From Gemmatimonadales bacterium (GTDB lineage: Bacteria; Gemmatimonadota; Gemmatimonadetes; Gemmatimonadales; GWC2-71-9): a stretch of 64,000 bases of DNA. Position numbers and translations under genes: made by a program. How positions within the stretch are numbered: the first letter of the stretch is position 1; each line of letters begins with the position of its first letter. This document shows, in pieces, positions 54,047 to 63,190 of this stretch. Where the stretch lies: positions 64,001-128,000 of the forward strand of contig JBFJCP010000007.1 of NCBI GenBank assembly GCA_041615815.1, given 5' to 3'. The notes under the pieces are model-generated. The model was not told where the DNA came from and ran no database searches. It saw only the letters and a list, made by a program, of their open reading frames with translations.

Positions 54047-57000
54047 ATGTTGCGACTGTCCCGAGTCTCCCCAGCGCCCATGCTGGGGATCGCGCTGCTC
54101 ACGTTCCTCTCGCTACCACCGTCTGCACACGCGCAACAGATCGATCAGGACCAGATCGACCAACTCGAGTTCCGCCACATCGGTCCCGTCGGGAACCGTG
54201 TGTCCTCGGTTGCAGGAACATCGACCGACCCGCTCACCTACTTTGCCGGCGCGGCATCGGGTGGGATTTGGAAAACCGAAGACGGCGGTGTGAATTGGAA
54301 GCCGGTGTTCGACGATCAGCCGGTGCATTCCATTGGTGCGTTGGCCGTTGCTCCATCGGACGCCAACGTCGTGTGGGCGGGAACGGGCGAGACGTTCATC
54401 CGATCCAACGTGTCCATCGGGAACGGCGTGTGGAAGTCCACCGACGGTGGAGGGTCCTGGACGCACATGGGTCTCGAGGGAACGGGAAGAATTGGACGCA
54501 TCGTCATCCATCCGACGAACCCCGAGGTCGTCTATGCCGCCGTCCTCGGACACGGGTACAGCCCACAGTCGAATCGCGGCGTCTATCGTAGCACCGATGG
54601 GGGCAGGAACTGGCAACAGGTGCTGTTCGTGAACGACTCCACGGGGGCTTCCGATCTCGTCATGGATCCCAACAATCCCCGGATTCTCTTTGCCGGCATG
54701 TGGCAGTTTCACCTCAAGACGTGGACGCGAGAGAGCGGCGGCGCTGGCAGTGGCCTCTATATGTCCAGAGATGGCGGCGACACGTGGAAGCGACTCGAGG
54801 CCCATGGCCTGCCCACCAAGCCCGTGGGAAAAATCGCTCTCTGCATGACGCCCAAGAGCTCGAGCCGTGTGTATGCGCTCATCGAGACAGGCGATGGCGT
54901 TCCATGGCACGGCCAGGAAACCGAAAGCGGCGAACTGTGGCGCTCGGAGGACGGGGGTACGAACTGGAAGGTCGTGAGCCACAACCGCAACCTCGCGGGA
55001 CGCAGTGCCTATTACTCCCGCTGCGCCGTCGCGCCCGACGACGCGGACGAGGTGTACTTCCTCTCCGCGTCCTTCGCCGTCACCACGGACGGCGGTGACA
55101 GCGCCAAGACCGCCAACTTCTTCAATCCCACGGGCGTGTCCGCGCCGGGGTGGGACCATCACGACATGTGGATCGATCCCGGCAACGCGAATCGCATGAT
55201 CGTCGGGCATGATGGCGGCGTCTCGGTCTCCCAGAATCGGGGGAAGACGTGGTTCCGCATCCAGCTCCCAATTGCGCAGATGTATCACGTGACGGTGGAC
55301 AACAACATCCCTTACTACGTTTACGGCAATCGCCAGGACGGGCCATCGCTACGTGGCCCGAGCCGGAGCCGACTTGGCGGGTTTTTTTCGCAAGGCATCC
55401 CACGGGGTATGTGGCACTCGTTGGGCGGCGGTGAGAGCGGATTTGCCACGCCGGATCCCGAGGATCCCGACATCATCTGGTCCAGCGCATCGGGATGGGG
55501 AGCCCTTGGTGGCGTGGTGGTGCGCTACAACGAACGCACGCGGCAGTTTCGTCAGGTGGAGGTGTGGCCGCTCATGACCGCTGGCTGGCCGGCGAAAGAC
55601 GTGCGGTATCGCTTCCAGTGGACGTTCCCGCTGCTCATCTCACCGCATGATCACAACACGGTGTACGTGACGAGTCAACACGTGCACCGCACCACCAATG
55701 GCGGTCAAACGTGGGAGGTGATCAGCCCCGATCTCTCGACGAACGACACCACCAAGCAGGGGATCTCCGGAGGTCTCACGCCGGACAACCTCGGCGTGGA
55801 GTACTGCTGTGTGATCTATGCGTTTGATGAATCGCCGGTGGAACGTGGCGTGCTCTGGGCCGGCACGAGCGATGGACTCGTGCACGTGAGCCGGGATAAC
55901 GGCACCACGTGGACCAACGTGACTCGCAACATCCGCGGTCTTCCGGCATGGGGGACCGTGCGGAATATCGACGCTTCGAAGTGGGATGCCGGCAAGGCCT
56001 ATCTCACGGTGGATTTTCACGAGGTGGGGAACTTCGCACCCTACGTTTATAAGACGCAGGATTATGGGCGAAGCTGGACCAAGATCACGAGTGGCATTGC
56101 CGAGGGCCCGCTCAGCTACGCTCGCAACATCCGCGAAGATCCGGTGCGGCAGGGACTCCTCTATCTTGGTACCGAGAATGCGCTCTATGTCTCGTTTGAC
56201 GATGGCGCCAGGTGGCAGTCGCTCAAGACCAATCTGCCGCCCGCGCCCGTGTACTGGATCGCCGTTCAGGAGCACTTCAACGATCTCGTAATCGGGACGT
56301 ATGGCCGTGGGTTCTGGATCCTGGATGACGTCACACCGCTGCAGCAACTCACCCCAAATGTTACCGCGTCCCAGGCGCACTTGTTCGAACCGCGCCCCGC
56401 ATATCGGTTCCGGCCCATCACCGCGCCCATGACCATGTTCGACGATCCATCGGACGGGGACGATCCGGAAGACGGCGCGTCCATCAACTACTGGTTGGCC
56501 ACCGAGCCCGGCGAGGTAAAGGTGCGAATCCGCGATGCCCGGGGCGATACCGTGCGGATGCTCGACGGCACCAAGGAAGTCGGGATCAACCGCGTGTGGT
56601 GGGACTTCCGCGGCGAGGAATCCACCGAGATCAAGCTGCGGACCAAACCGCTCTACGCCGACTGGATGAGCCTGGGCGAGGATCGTTGGCGTGAGGTCCC
56701 CGAAGAAAACAATCGGATATCGGTCTTGATGCCCCCGGGCGATTACACGGTGACGCTCGTGGTGGACAGCCAGGAGGTGGGAACCCAGCAGTTGGAAGTT
56801 CGCAAGGATCCACATTCCGAAGGCACCATCGCGGACATCCAGGCGCAGACCGCGATGGCTGAAGACCTATGGACCGACATGAACGAGGCGGCGAAGATGG
56901 TGAACACCATCGAGTGGACCCGCCGGCAGCTCTCGGATTTCGAAGCCGTCTTGAAAGATCAGGATGCAGAAGCTGAGGTGCTCACCGCCCTCGACTCGCT

Positions 57001-57304
57001 CCACCAAAAGTTCATCGGGGTGGAGGAGCACCTCTTGCAGCTCCGTTTCACCGGCACGGGGCAGGATGACGTGCGATGGCCGATCAAGTTGGTGGGGCAG
57101 CTTGGATACCTGGCGGGTGAGGTCCAAACCGCTGACTTTGCACCGGCGGATCAACATCGCGAGGCTCATCAAGTCTTGAAAGACGACTTGCGCCGTACCC
57201 GGGACGCGCTCGACGCGATCATGCGGCTGGACCTCCCAGCCTTCAATCAGATGCTACAGGAACGCAACCTGGCTCCGGTGATCGCCGCGGGAAGTCAGAA
57301 GTAG
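54047..57304 (+). CDS. Secreted VPS10/sortilin-like BNR (Asp-box) repeat protein, glycosyl-hydrolase-like
   Basis: Signal peptide; many S/T-x-D-G-G-x-x-W repeats; helical C-terminus. Confidence 0.88.
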   Translation: MLRLSRVSPAPMLGIALLTFLSLPPSAHAQQIDQDQIDQLEFRHIGPVGNRVSSVAGTSTDPLTYFAGAASGGIWKTEDGGVNWKPVFDDQPVHSIGALAVAPSDANVVWAGTGETFIRSNVSIGNGVWKSTDGGGSWTHMGLEGTGRIGRIVIHPTNPEVVYAAVLGHGYSPQSNRGVYRSTDGGRNWQQVLFVNDSTGASDLVMDPNNPRILFAGMWQFHLKTWTRESGGAGSGLYMSRDGGDTWKRLEAHGLPTKPVGKIALCMTPKSSSRVYALIETGDGVPWHGQETESGELWRSEDGGTNWKVVSHNRNLAGRSAYYSRCAVAPDDADEVYFLSASFAVTTDGGDSAKTANFFNPTGVSAPGWDHHDMWIDPGNANRMIVGHDGGVSVSQNRGKTWFRIQLPIAQMYHVTVDNNIPYYVYGNRQDGPSLRGPSRSRLGGFFSQGIPRGMWHSLGGGESGFATPDPEDPDIIWSSASGWGALGGVVVRYNERTRQFRQVEVWPLMTAGWPAKDVRYRFQWTFPLLISPHDHNTVYVTSQHVHRTTNGGQTWEVISPDLSTNDTTKQGISGGLTPDNLGVEYCCVIYAFDESPVERGVLWAGTSDGLVHVSRDNGTTWTNVTRNIRGLPAWGTVRNIDASKWDAGKAYLTVDFHEVGNFAPYVYKTQDYGRSWTKITSGIAEGPLSYARNIREDPVRQGLLYLGTENALYVSFDDGARWQSLKTNLPPAPVYWIAVQEHFNDLVIGTYGRGFWILDDVTPLQQLTPNVTASQAHLFEPRPAYRFRPITAPMTMFDDPSDGDDPEDGASINYWLATEPGEVKVRIRDARGDTVRMLDGTKEVGINRVWWDFRGEESTEIKLRTKPLYADWMSLGEDRWREVPEENNRISVLMPPGDYTVTLVVDSQEVGTQQLEVRKDPHSEGTIADIQAQTAMAEDLWTDMNEAAKMVNTIEWTRRQLSDFEAVLKDQDAEAEVLTALDSLHQKFIGVEEHLLQLRFTGTGQDDVRWPIKLVGQLGYLAGEVQTADFAPADQHREAHQVLKDDLRRTRDALDAIMRLDLPAFNQMLQERNLAPVIAAGSQK

Positions 57305-57470
57305 AATTAGTGGCCTAGCGAGCGGCGGGCGGGGGGTGACCCGCCGCCTCCATGTCGGTCTCGTACGTCGACCGCTCGGTAGCCCGCGATGTGGCATATA
57401 CCGAAAGGGCCATGCCCCCTAGCCCTGACCCTGAACGCCTAGCACCGAACACCTAACGCCTAGCACCTCG

Positions 57471-57914
57471 ATGTACCAACGCGACTACATCCTCCGCATG
57501 ATCGAGCAGGTCGGTGCCGTGCTCGTGGCACTGCGCGAACGGATTCTCAAGCGCGTCGCGCAGCGTGGCCAGGTGGAGGAGGAGCTCAGGCAGACACTCC
57601 AGGGCGTGGGATTCGATCTGGATTTGGCCCGCCTCGCAGACCCCGAATCGCTCGAGCGTCTGGTGGCGCCGACCGGCGAGCTCGATACCACTCGGGGATG
57701 GATGGTAGCCGAAGCGCTGTATCTGCAGGGTCTCGAATGCCAGCTCAGCGATCACGCGCACGACGCACGCAACTACTTCGAGAAGGCGCTTCGTCTCTAT
57801 CGCCTCTTCGATCCTCGCAACCCCATTCCCACCGGGTTTCCCGAAGCGGCAGAACGCGTTCAAGAACTCGAGGAGCGCCTGGCCGGACTGACGGACATCG
57901 GCACTGTCGAATGA
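57471..57914 (+). CDS. Helical hypothetical protein (DUF6483-like)
   Basis: MYQRDYILRMIEQ N-terminus and a TPR-like helix pair. Confidence 0.7.
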   Translation: MYQRDYILRMIEQVGAVLVALRERILKRVAQRGQVEEELRQTLQGVGFDLDLARLADPESLERLVAPTGELDTTRGWMVAEALYLQGLECQLSDHAHDARNYFEKALRLYRLFDPRNPIPTGFPEAAERVQELEERLAGLTDIGTVE

Positions 57915-58107
57915 CGTTCCCACCCCGCCACGCCGTTGCGACGTGCAGGCAACAGTCTCCTTGGCGTCAGTGACCCCTATCACAAAAGTGCTGTTGAATA
58001 CTTCGCACGATCGAAAAGGTCACCCTCCGCGGCATTTGTGACCAACTCCATGACCGAGCACTGGTTATCGCATCATCGCTCATGACGTCCCGCTCGAGCA
58101 ACAGATG

Positions 58108-58123
58108 TGGTACGGAAACTGCT
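58108..58123 (+). promoter_or_regulatory. Sigma54 (-24/-12) promoter of the activator gene
   Basis: TGGTACGGAAACTGCT, GG-N10-GC. Confidence 0.6.
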
Positions 58124-58214
58124 CCCTAAGGCACCGTTGAGACACAAGGCGGTCATGTTAACGCTCTTCGAGTACGGACGTTACGACCGCCGGAACACGT
58201 GACCAGGAGCACCA

Positions 58215-59603
58215 GTGACTGAACCGACGATTCTCGTTGTGCAATTGTCCGAGGCGTTCAGCGGGTTCTGGCAGGACCTGGCGGCGGACCTCGGGGCGTC
58301 GGTGCAGTTATTAGAAATAGACGATACCCTTCAGGTGGCGCGGGAAGCCGCGGCATTGATCCTCGCAGCCGGCGGAACCGAGCGCGAAGCGGTGGATTGG
58401 TTGGACACGAAAGACGTGCCGGCTCATGTCCCCATCGTGGCTGTTGGAGCGGATCCTGGGCGCCGTATCACGGCGCAACTGGTGGGCCGTGGTGCCAAGG
58501 ACTACTTCGCGCTTCCCAACGATGTCGAGCTGCTGCGAAACTCTCTCGCGACGATTATCTATCAGAGTAGACAGACAGCACAGATGGCGGCGCGGACAAC
58601 GGATCTTGCCCGCGCCGATGCTTTTGCTGACATCGTGGGCGAGAGTCCGGCGCTCAAAGCCGTCTTGAACCGCGCCGCACGATTGCTCCCGCACACGAAT
58701 GCGTCGGCCTTGGTACTGGGAGAGACGGGCACGGGGAAGGAACTGTTGGCCCGGGCATTACATGCCGGCGGGCCTCGTCGCAACGAGCCCTTTGTGGCCG
58801 TGAACTGTTCGGCACTCCCCGAGAACCTCGTTGAATCCGAGTTCTTCGGACACGAGAAGGGCTCGTTCACAAATGCGCACGCCGCCAAGCCAGGGTTGTT
58901 CGAGGTGGCGGACGGCGGAACGCTCTTTCTCGATGAAGTGGGCGAGCTCCCACTGGAACTCCAGGCCAAGCTGTTGCGTGTCTTGGATGACCAGCGGGTC
59001 CGCCGCGTCGGGGGCACGAAGTCTCGGAAGGTGGACGTGCGCATCCTCGCAGCCACCAACAACAATCTCGAGGCGGCGGTGAAGCGCGGCACGTTCCGTC
59101 AGGACCTGTTCTTCCGGTTGAGTGTCGTGACGCTCCACCTGCCGCCCCTGCGACAACGCGGTGAAGACGTGATTCAAATTGCCAACGCGCTGATCGAGAC
59201 GTTGGCGAAACGCCACGGCATTCCCGCGCCGACGCTCCCCCGATCCGTTCACAAGGACCTACTCGCTGCGCGTTGGCCGGGCAACGTCCGCCAACTCAAG
59301 AATGCCGTCGAACGTGCGTTATTGCTCGCTCCACCGGGTGAGCTGTGCGTCGAAGAGCTGCTCGCGGAATCCACCCCAGAGTTACCTACCACGCCGTCGG
59401 CGCAACCACTCGCCTTGCCCGCGTCCCTGGACGACATCATGCAGGCTGCCGCCCGTGCCACACTCGAATTCTGCGAGGGCAACCGGTCAGAAGCAGCTCG
59501 GCGGTTGGGCATCTCACGGCGGCGGCTCCGGCGTCTCCTCAACGAAGGTGCCGACAGCGACGAAGAACTCACAGAGCTCACCTCAATTGGTGTGTCGGCG
59601 TAG
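58215..59603 (+). CDS. Sigma54-dependent transcriptional activator (pseudo-REC, AAA+, Fis HTH)
   Basis: GETGTGKE, ESEFFGHEKGSFTNA, TLFLDEV, FRQDLFFRL, WPGNVRQL, GNRSEAARRLGISR. Confidence 0.92.
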   Translation: MTEPTILVVQLSEAFSGFWQDLAADLGASVQLLEIDDTLQVAREAAALILAAGGTEREAVDWLDTKDVPAHVPIVAVGADPGRRITAQLVGRGAKDYFALPNDVELLRNSLATIIYQSRQTAQMAARTTDLARADAFADIVGESPALKAVLNRAARLLPHTNASALVLGETGTGKELLARALHAGGPRRNEPFVAVNCSALPENLVESEFFGHEKGSFTNAHAAKPGLFEVADGGTLFLDEVGELPLELQAKLLRVLDDQRVRRVGGTKSRKVDVRILAATNNNLEAAVKRGTFRQDLFFRLSVVTLHLPPLRQRGEDVIQIANALIETLAKRHGIPAPTLPRSVHKDLLAARWPGNVRQLKNAVERALLLAPPGELCVEELLAESTPELPTTPSAQPLALPASLDDIMQAAARATLEFCEGNRSEAARRLGISRRRLRRLLNEGADSDEELTELTSIGVSA

Positions 59604-59860
59604 CCTCCAACTGCACTGCCACCCCTCGCCCTCGATCTCACTCACACAACTAGCTGCCCGCCCGCGATCCCACCGGCGGTCGTTCCTTGCACGATTTCGG
59701 TGATCTGACGCCCCGCTGGAGGGGCGGCGTCGCGTCACCCATTGGACGTGATTCGAGCGGTGGTCCCAAGCGTCCCGCCTGGGGCAAAACGACCCAATTG
59801 GTCATACCTCACAAAGCCCGTAAGTAGCTACACAATAATAGGTTAATCGACTCGGCGGCC

Positions 59861-59876
59861 TGGAACGGCTCGTGCT
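59861..59876 (+). promoter_or_regulatory. Sigma54 (-24/-12) promoter of the lipoprotein array
   Basis: TGGAACGGCTCGTGCT, GG-N10-GC, with an AT-rich IHF-like site at 59821-59845. Confidence 0.6.
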
Positions 59877-59922
59877 CCAAAAAGGCCGAACACACGACCC
59901 CGCTCGGGAGGGAAACGGGCAC

Positions 59923-60612
59923 ATGCCAAAGCTTCGCCAGTTCCTCGCTGCTCTTGGAATGACGTTACTCGTCGCCGCGTGCGCCGACAGCACGGCGCCG
60001 GTCTCCGAGAGTCCGTTGTTCGCGAAGGGAGGCAACCGCGTCTCGCTGGAACCCACCGTTCTTGGAGAGGACGTCCTTCCCGAATCCGACCTCGGTGACG
60101 TGGTGGACGGTGCGGGGAATGTCTTCACCCTGGTCGTCCCCGAAGGCACGATCGCGCAAGCGCCCCTTGCACCGGAACTCCAGAGCTATCACCACGAGTT
60201 CCAAGTCGAGCAGGGCAAGCGAGCCAGCTATGCGGTCCTGTACACGACGCTCGACGTCTTCATGGACATCGACGTACCCGCGAGCGCGCAGCTGGTGGAT
60301 GACAACGGTCGGAGACTCAAACGCGGCGAGCGGGTCACCGTACACATCGACATCGACCCCGTCTCGTTCGCCGTTCGGTTTCTCCCGCATGGGATCACGT
60401 TCCCGCAGAAGCCTGCTGATCTGACGTTCGGGCTGACGTTTGCGGATTGGTCCGACCATCCGATCCGGGACGCCAACGATCTCACAATGTGGTATCAGCC
60501 GGTGACCGGCACCGACTGGACTGAGTTGGACAACGCCGTTGAGTTCGAGTTTCTCGGGCTCTGGGCCCATACGACGCTCGATCATTTCTCGAACTATGCC
60601 ATCGCGTGGTGA
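59923..60612 (+). CDS. ZU5-like lipoprotein 1, C-terminus HFSNYAIAW
   Basis: VAAC lipobox; FLPHGITFPQKPADL; paralogous to the three downstream genes. Confidence 0.85.
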   Translation: MPKLRQFLAALGMTLLVAACADSTAPVSESPLFAKGGNRVSLEPTVLGEDVLPESDLGDVVDGAGNVFTLVVPEGTIAQAPLAPELQSYHHEFQVEQGKRASYAVLYTTLDVFMDIDVPASAQLVDDNGRRLKRGERVTVHIDIDPVSFAVRFLPHGITFPQKPADLTFGLTFADWSDHPIRDANDLTMWYQPVTGTDWTELDNAVEFEFLGLWAHTTLDHFSNYAIAW

Positions 60613-60655
60613 GGCCATGAGGCCGATGACGCGCGTGACTCGAAAGGAACAGACG

Positions 60656-61348
60656 ATGTCGAAGGGTTTGCTACGGATTAGCCTGTTGGCGGGTGCGCTC
60701 GTCCTGGGCTGTGCCGAGGGGACTGCACCGGTGGCTGAGCTGCCGCAGGAACCCGAGAACGCACTGCACTTCTTGAGCTGGGATCCGGCCAACGGTCCGG
60801 TGGACTTCGCTGCTTTCGGCGCGACCCCCTACGGACCAATCGATTTTGTGGACCAGCCGCTCCGCGCCGTGGGAGACTCCGTTCTCGTCGACAGCTACGC
60901 GGTGAGCTTCTGGGCTGTCCGCGGCGAGCAGCGGTTCATCCAAATCAACTACATCGATTCGCTGGGTGCGGTCGAGTCGCCGTACGTGCGCTTCGACGTC
61001 AGCGATCCCGTACAGCGACCGAACGGGAGCGGCATTGCCGTGGGTGATTCGGTGCTCATCACGGTCTCAGTGGATCCCACCGACATCGTGGTGCGCTTTG
61101 AACCGTCGGGATTGCAGTTCGGTAACGCTTCCGAGCTCCAGATGTGGTACGGCGGAGCCAGCGACGACCTGAACGGCGACGGATCGGTCGACAGCACCGA
61201 TGCCGATATCCAGCAAAACCAACTGGGAATGTGGTGGCAGGAACAGCCTATCGATCCCTGGGATTCCATCATCGCCGACCACTCAATCGAGCTGGAATGG
61301 TTCCGCGCCTGGCTCGAGCACTTTTCCGGCTACGCAGTCTCCTGGTAG
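60656..61348 (+). CDS. ZU5-like lipoprotein 2, C-terminus HFSGYAVSW
   Basis: VLGC lipobox; FEPSGLQF; DLNGDGSVD Ca-loop-like motif. Confidence 0.85.
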   Translation: MSKGLLRISLLAGALVLGCAEGTAPVAELPQEPENALHFLSWDPANGPVDFAAFGATPYGPIDFVDQPLRAVGDSVLVDSYAVSFWAVRGEQRFIQINYIDSLGAVESPYVRFDVSDPVQRPNGSGIAVGDSVLITVSVDPTDIVVRFEPSGLQFGNASELQMWYGGASDDLNGDGSVDSTDADIQQNQLGMWWQEQPIDPWDSIIADHSIELEWFRAWLEHFSGYAVSW

Positions 61349-61352
61349 TCGT

Positions 61353-62564
61353 ATGACGAACACGAGTAGAGTCCTGCTGCTAGGACTTGCGCCACTCACG
61401 TTGGCATTCCTCGCCGCCTGCGGTGAAGCCATCGCCCCGCAGCCTGGCACGCCGGGTGAGGAACCGCCTGCTCCCCCCCCGCCGGTGGTCACTCCGAAGA
61501 CGGCGGCGACCGTGCACCATCTCCGCTGGAGCGAGTCCGGTGGGCCGTCGCAGGTGGCCCCCAGCCTCGGCCAGAGCCAGCAGCCACCGGTGACCGAGTT
61601 GTATCTCGCGGGGACCGGCGTTCCGCGGGGATCATTGGCACAGTCCGCCCCGAGTGCATCGGTGCTTCCGAATTACGACCCCGGCCGCGACGCTTTTCCT
61701 GGTTTGCTGCTTCAAGCGACCGACAACGGCCTCATGGAATCGGATCCCGTCAAATACCAGAAGTGGGTGGGAGGCCCGAGCCCGATCGACGTGGACGGAC
61801 CTGTCTCACTCGTCCTGTGGAGTGCGATGCAGGATTTTGACCAAGACGACAACGGCGTGGTGCATGCCGGCTTGTTCGAGTGCGACGCGGGTGGATCCAA
61901 CTGCGACCCCATCGTGCAAGCGACGCTCAAGCTCGATCCGTGGAGCGGTTCGAGTTCGTGGGTGGAACGCACCATCGACTTCGGTCCGGTGACGCGCAGC
62001 GTCCCCCCTGGGCGTGTCCTAGCCGTCAAAATCGTTGTTGAGGAAAACGACATGTGGTTCGCTTACGGGACCACAGCGCAGCCGAGCCGGCTCGCCTTTA
62101 GTGGTCCCAAGCCGGTGCCCTACGAGGTGAGCGTGTGGGCAGTGCGTGGGGAACAGCGCTCGGTCGACATCAACAACCAGGCCACCGGGAATCCCTTTTT
62201 GCAGCTCGACGTCTTCGATCCGGTTCAGCTGTCTGACGGTACGCCGATCGGCGTTGGCGACTCCGTGATGCTCACCGTGACGGTCGACCCCGAAAAGCTC
62301 GTCGTCTCGCTGGAGCCTTCCGGCATCACCTTTGGGCAGGAGCCCACCCAGCTCCGGATGTGGTACAGCGATGCCGATCCCGACTTCAACGGCGACGGCG
62401 TGGTGGACGACGAAGACGTCCGCATTGAGAACGACCTCCTGGAGGTCTGGTACCAGGAAGTCGCTGGGGCCCCCTGGGAGACCATCGTGGCCATCAAGTC
62501 GGCCGAGGACGGGTCGTTCACGGCGGTGCTGGACCACTTCTCGAATTACGCCGTTGCTTGGTAG
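61353..62564 (+). CDS. ZU5-like lipoprotein 3 with an inserted domain, C-terminus HFSNYAVAW
   Basis: LAAC lipobox; Pro-rich linker; LEPSGITF; DFNGDGVVD. Confidence 0.85.
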   Translation: MTNTSRVLLLGLAPLTLAFLAACGEAIAPQPGTPGEEPPAPPPPVVTPKTAATVHHLRWSESGGPSQVAPSLGQSQQPPVTELYLAGTGVPRGSLAQSAPSASVLPNYDPGRDAFPGLLLQATDNGLMESDPVKYQKWVGGPSPIDVDGPVSLVLWSAMQDFDQDDNGVVHAGLFECDAGGSNCDPIVQATLKLDPWSGSSSWVERTIDFGPVTRSVPPGRVLAVKIVVEENDMWFAYGTTAQPSRLAFSGPKPVPYEVSVWAVRGEQRSVDINNQATGNPFLQLDVFDPVQLSDGTPIGVGDSVMLTVTVDPEKLVVSLEPSGITFGQEPTQLRMWYSDADPDFNGDGVVDDEDVRIENDLLEVWYQEVAGAPWETIVAIKSAEDGSFTAVLDHFSNYAVAW

Positions 62565-62568
62565 GTAC

Positions 62569-63180
62569 ATGAAGCCTTCAGCGCGACACACACCCCGGAC
62601 GAAGGCGGCAGCCGGCATTGCCCTGGTCCTCGCCGTCGGAGCCTGCGGCCAGGCGGGAACTCCCGTCGAACCGAGCACCCCGACGGTGAACGTGACCTTA
62701 CCGGCCGGCACGCTCGCACACATTCCGAGCGCGCCACCGCTCGAGACGCTGGACACATCCTTCGTGGTTGTGCAAGGTCGCGGCGGAACGTTCAAGGTCT
62801 CCTACCTCAAGGACCAAGACGATTCTGGTCCCAGCTGGTTTCTCAGAATCTCTATCCCAGGAACTGCCGAGCTGGTCGATGCCAATGGTCGCTCGCTGAT
62901 TGCAGGCGACACGCTTCGGATCACCGTACAAATCGATCCCACGCGGTTCCTAGCATCGTTCAGTCCACATGGAACGCAGTTTCTCGGGATGCAGCCGGTG
63001 ACCCTGGCGTTCAACTACACGCATGCGGACCTGAGCGACCGGGACCCATCGGATCTCGAAATTTGGTATCAGGCGCTCGGAGACGATCCCTGGGCGCCAG
63101 AACCGAGCAGCGTGGACGTACGGCAGAACATGGTGTCCATGACGCTCGAGCACTTTTCCAACTACGCAGTGGCTTGGTAG
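62569..63180 (+). CDS. ZU5-like lipoprotein 4, C-terminus HFSNYAVAW
   Basis: VGAC lipobox; FSPHGTQF...PVTLAFNY. Confidence 0.85.
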   Translation: MKPSARHTPRTKAAAGIALVLAVGACGQAGTPVEPSTPTVNVTLPAGTLAHIPSAPPLETLDTSFVVVQGRGGTFKVSYLKDQDDSGPSWFLRISIPGTAELVDANGRSLIAGDTLRITVQIDPTRFLASFSPHGTQFLGMQPVTLAFNYTHADLSDRDPSDLEIWYQALGDDPWAPEPSSVDVRQNMVSMTLEHFSNYAVAW

Positions 63181-63190
63181 AAGGTAGAGG

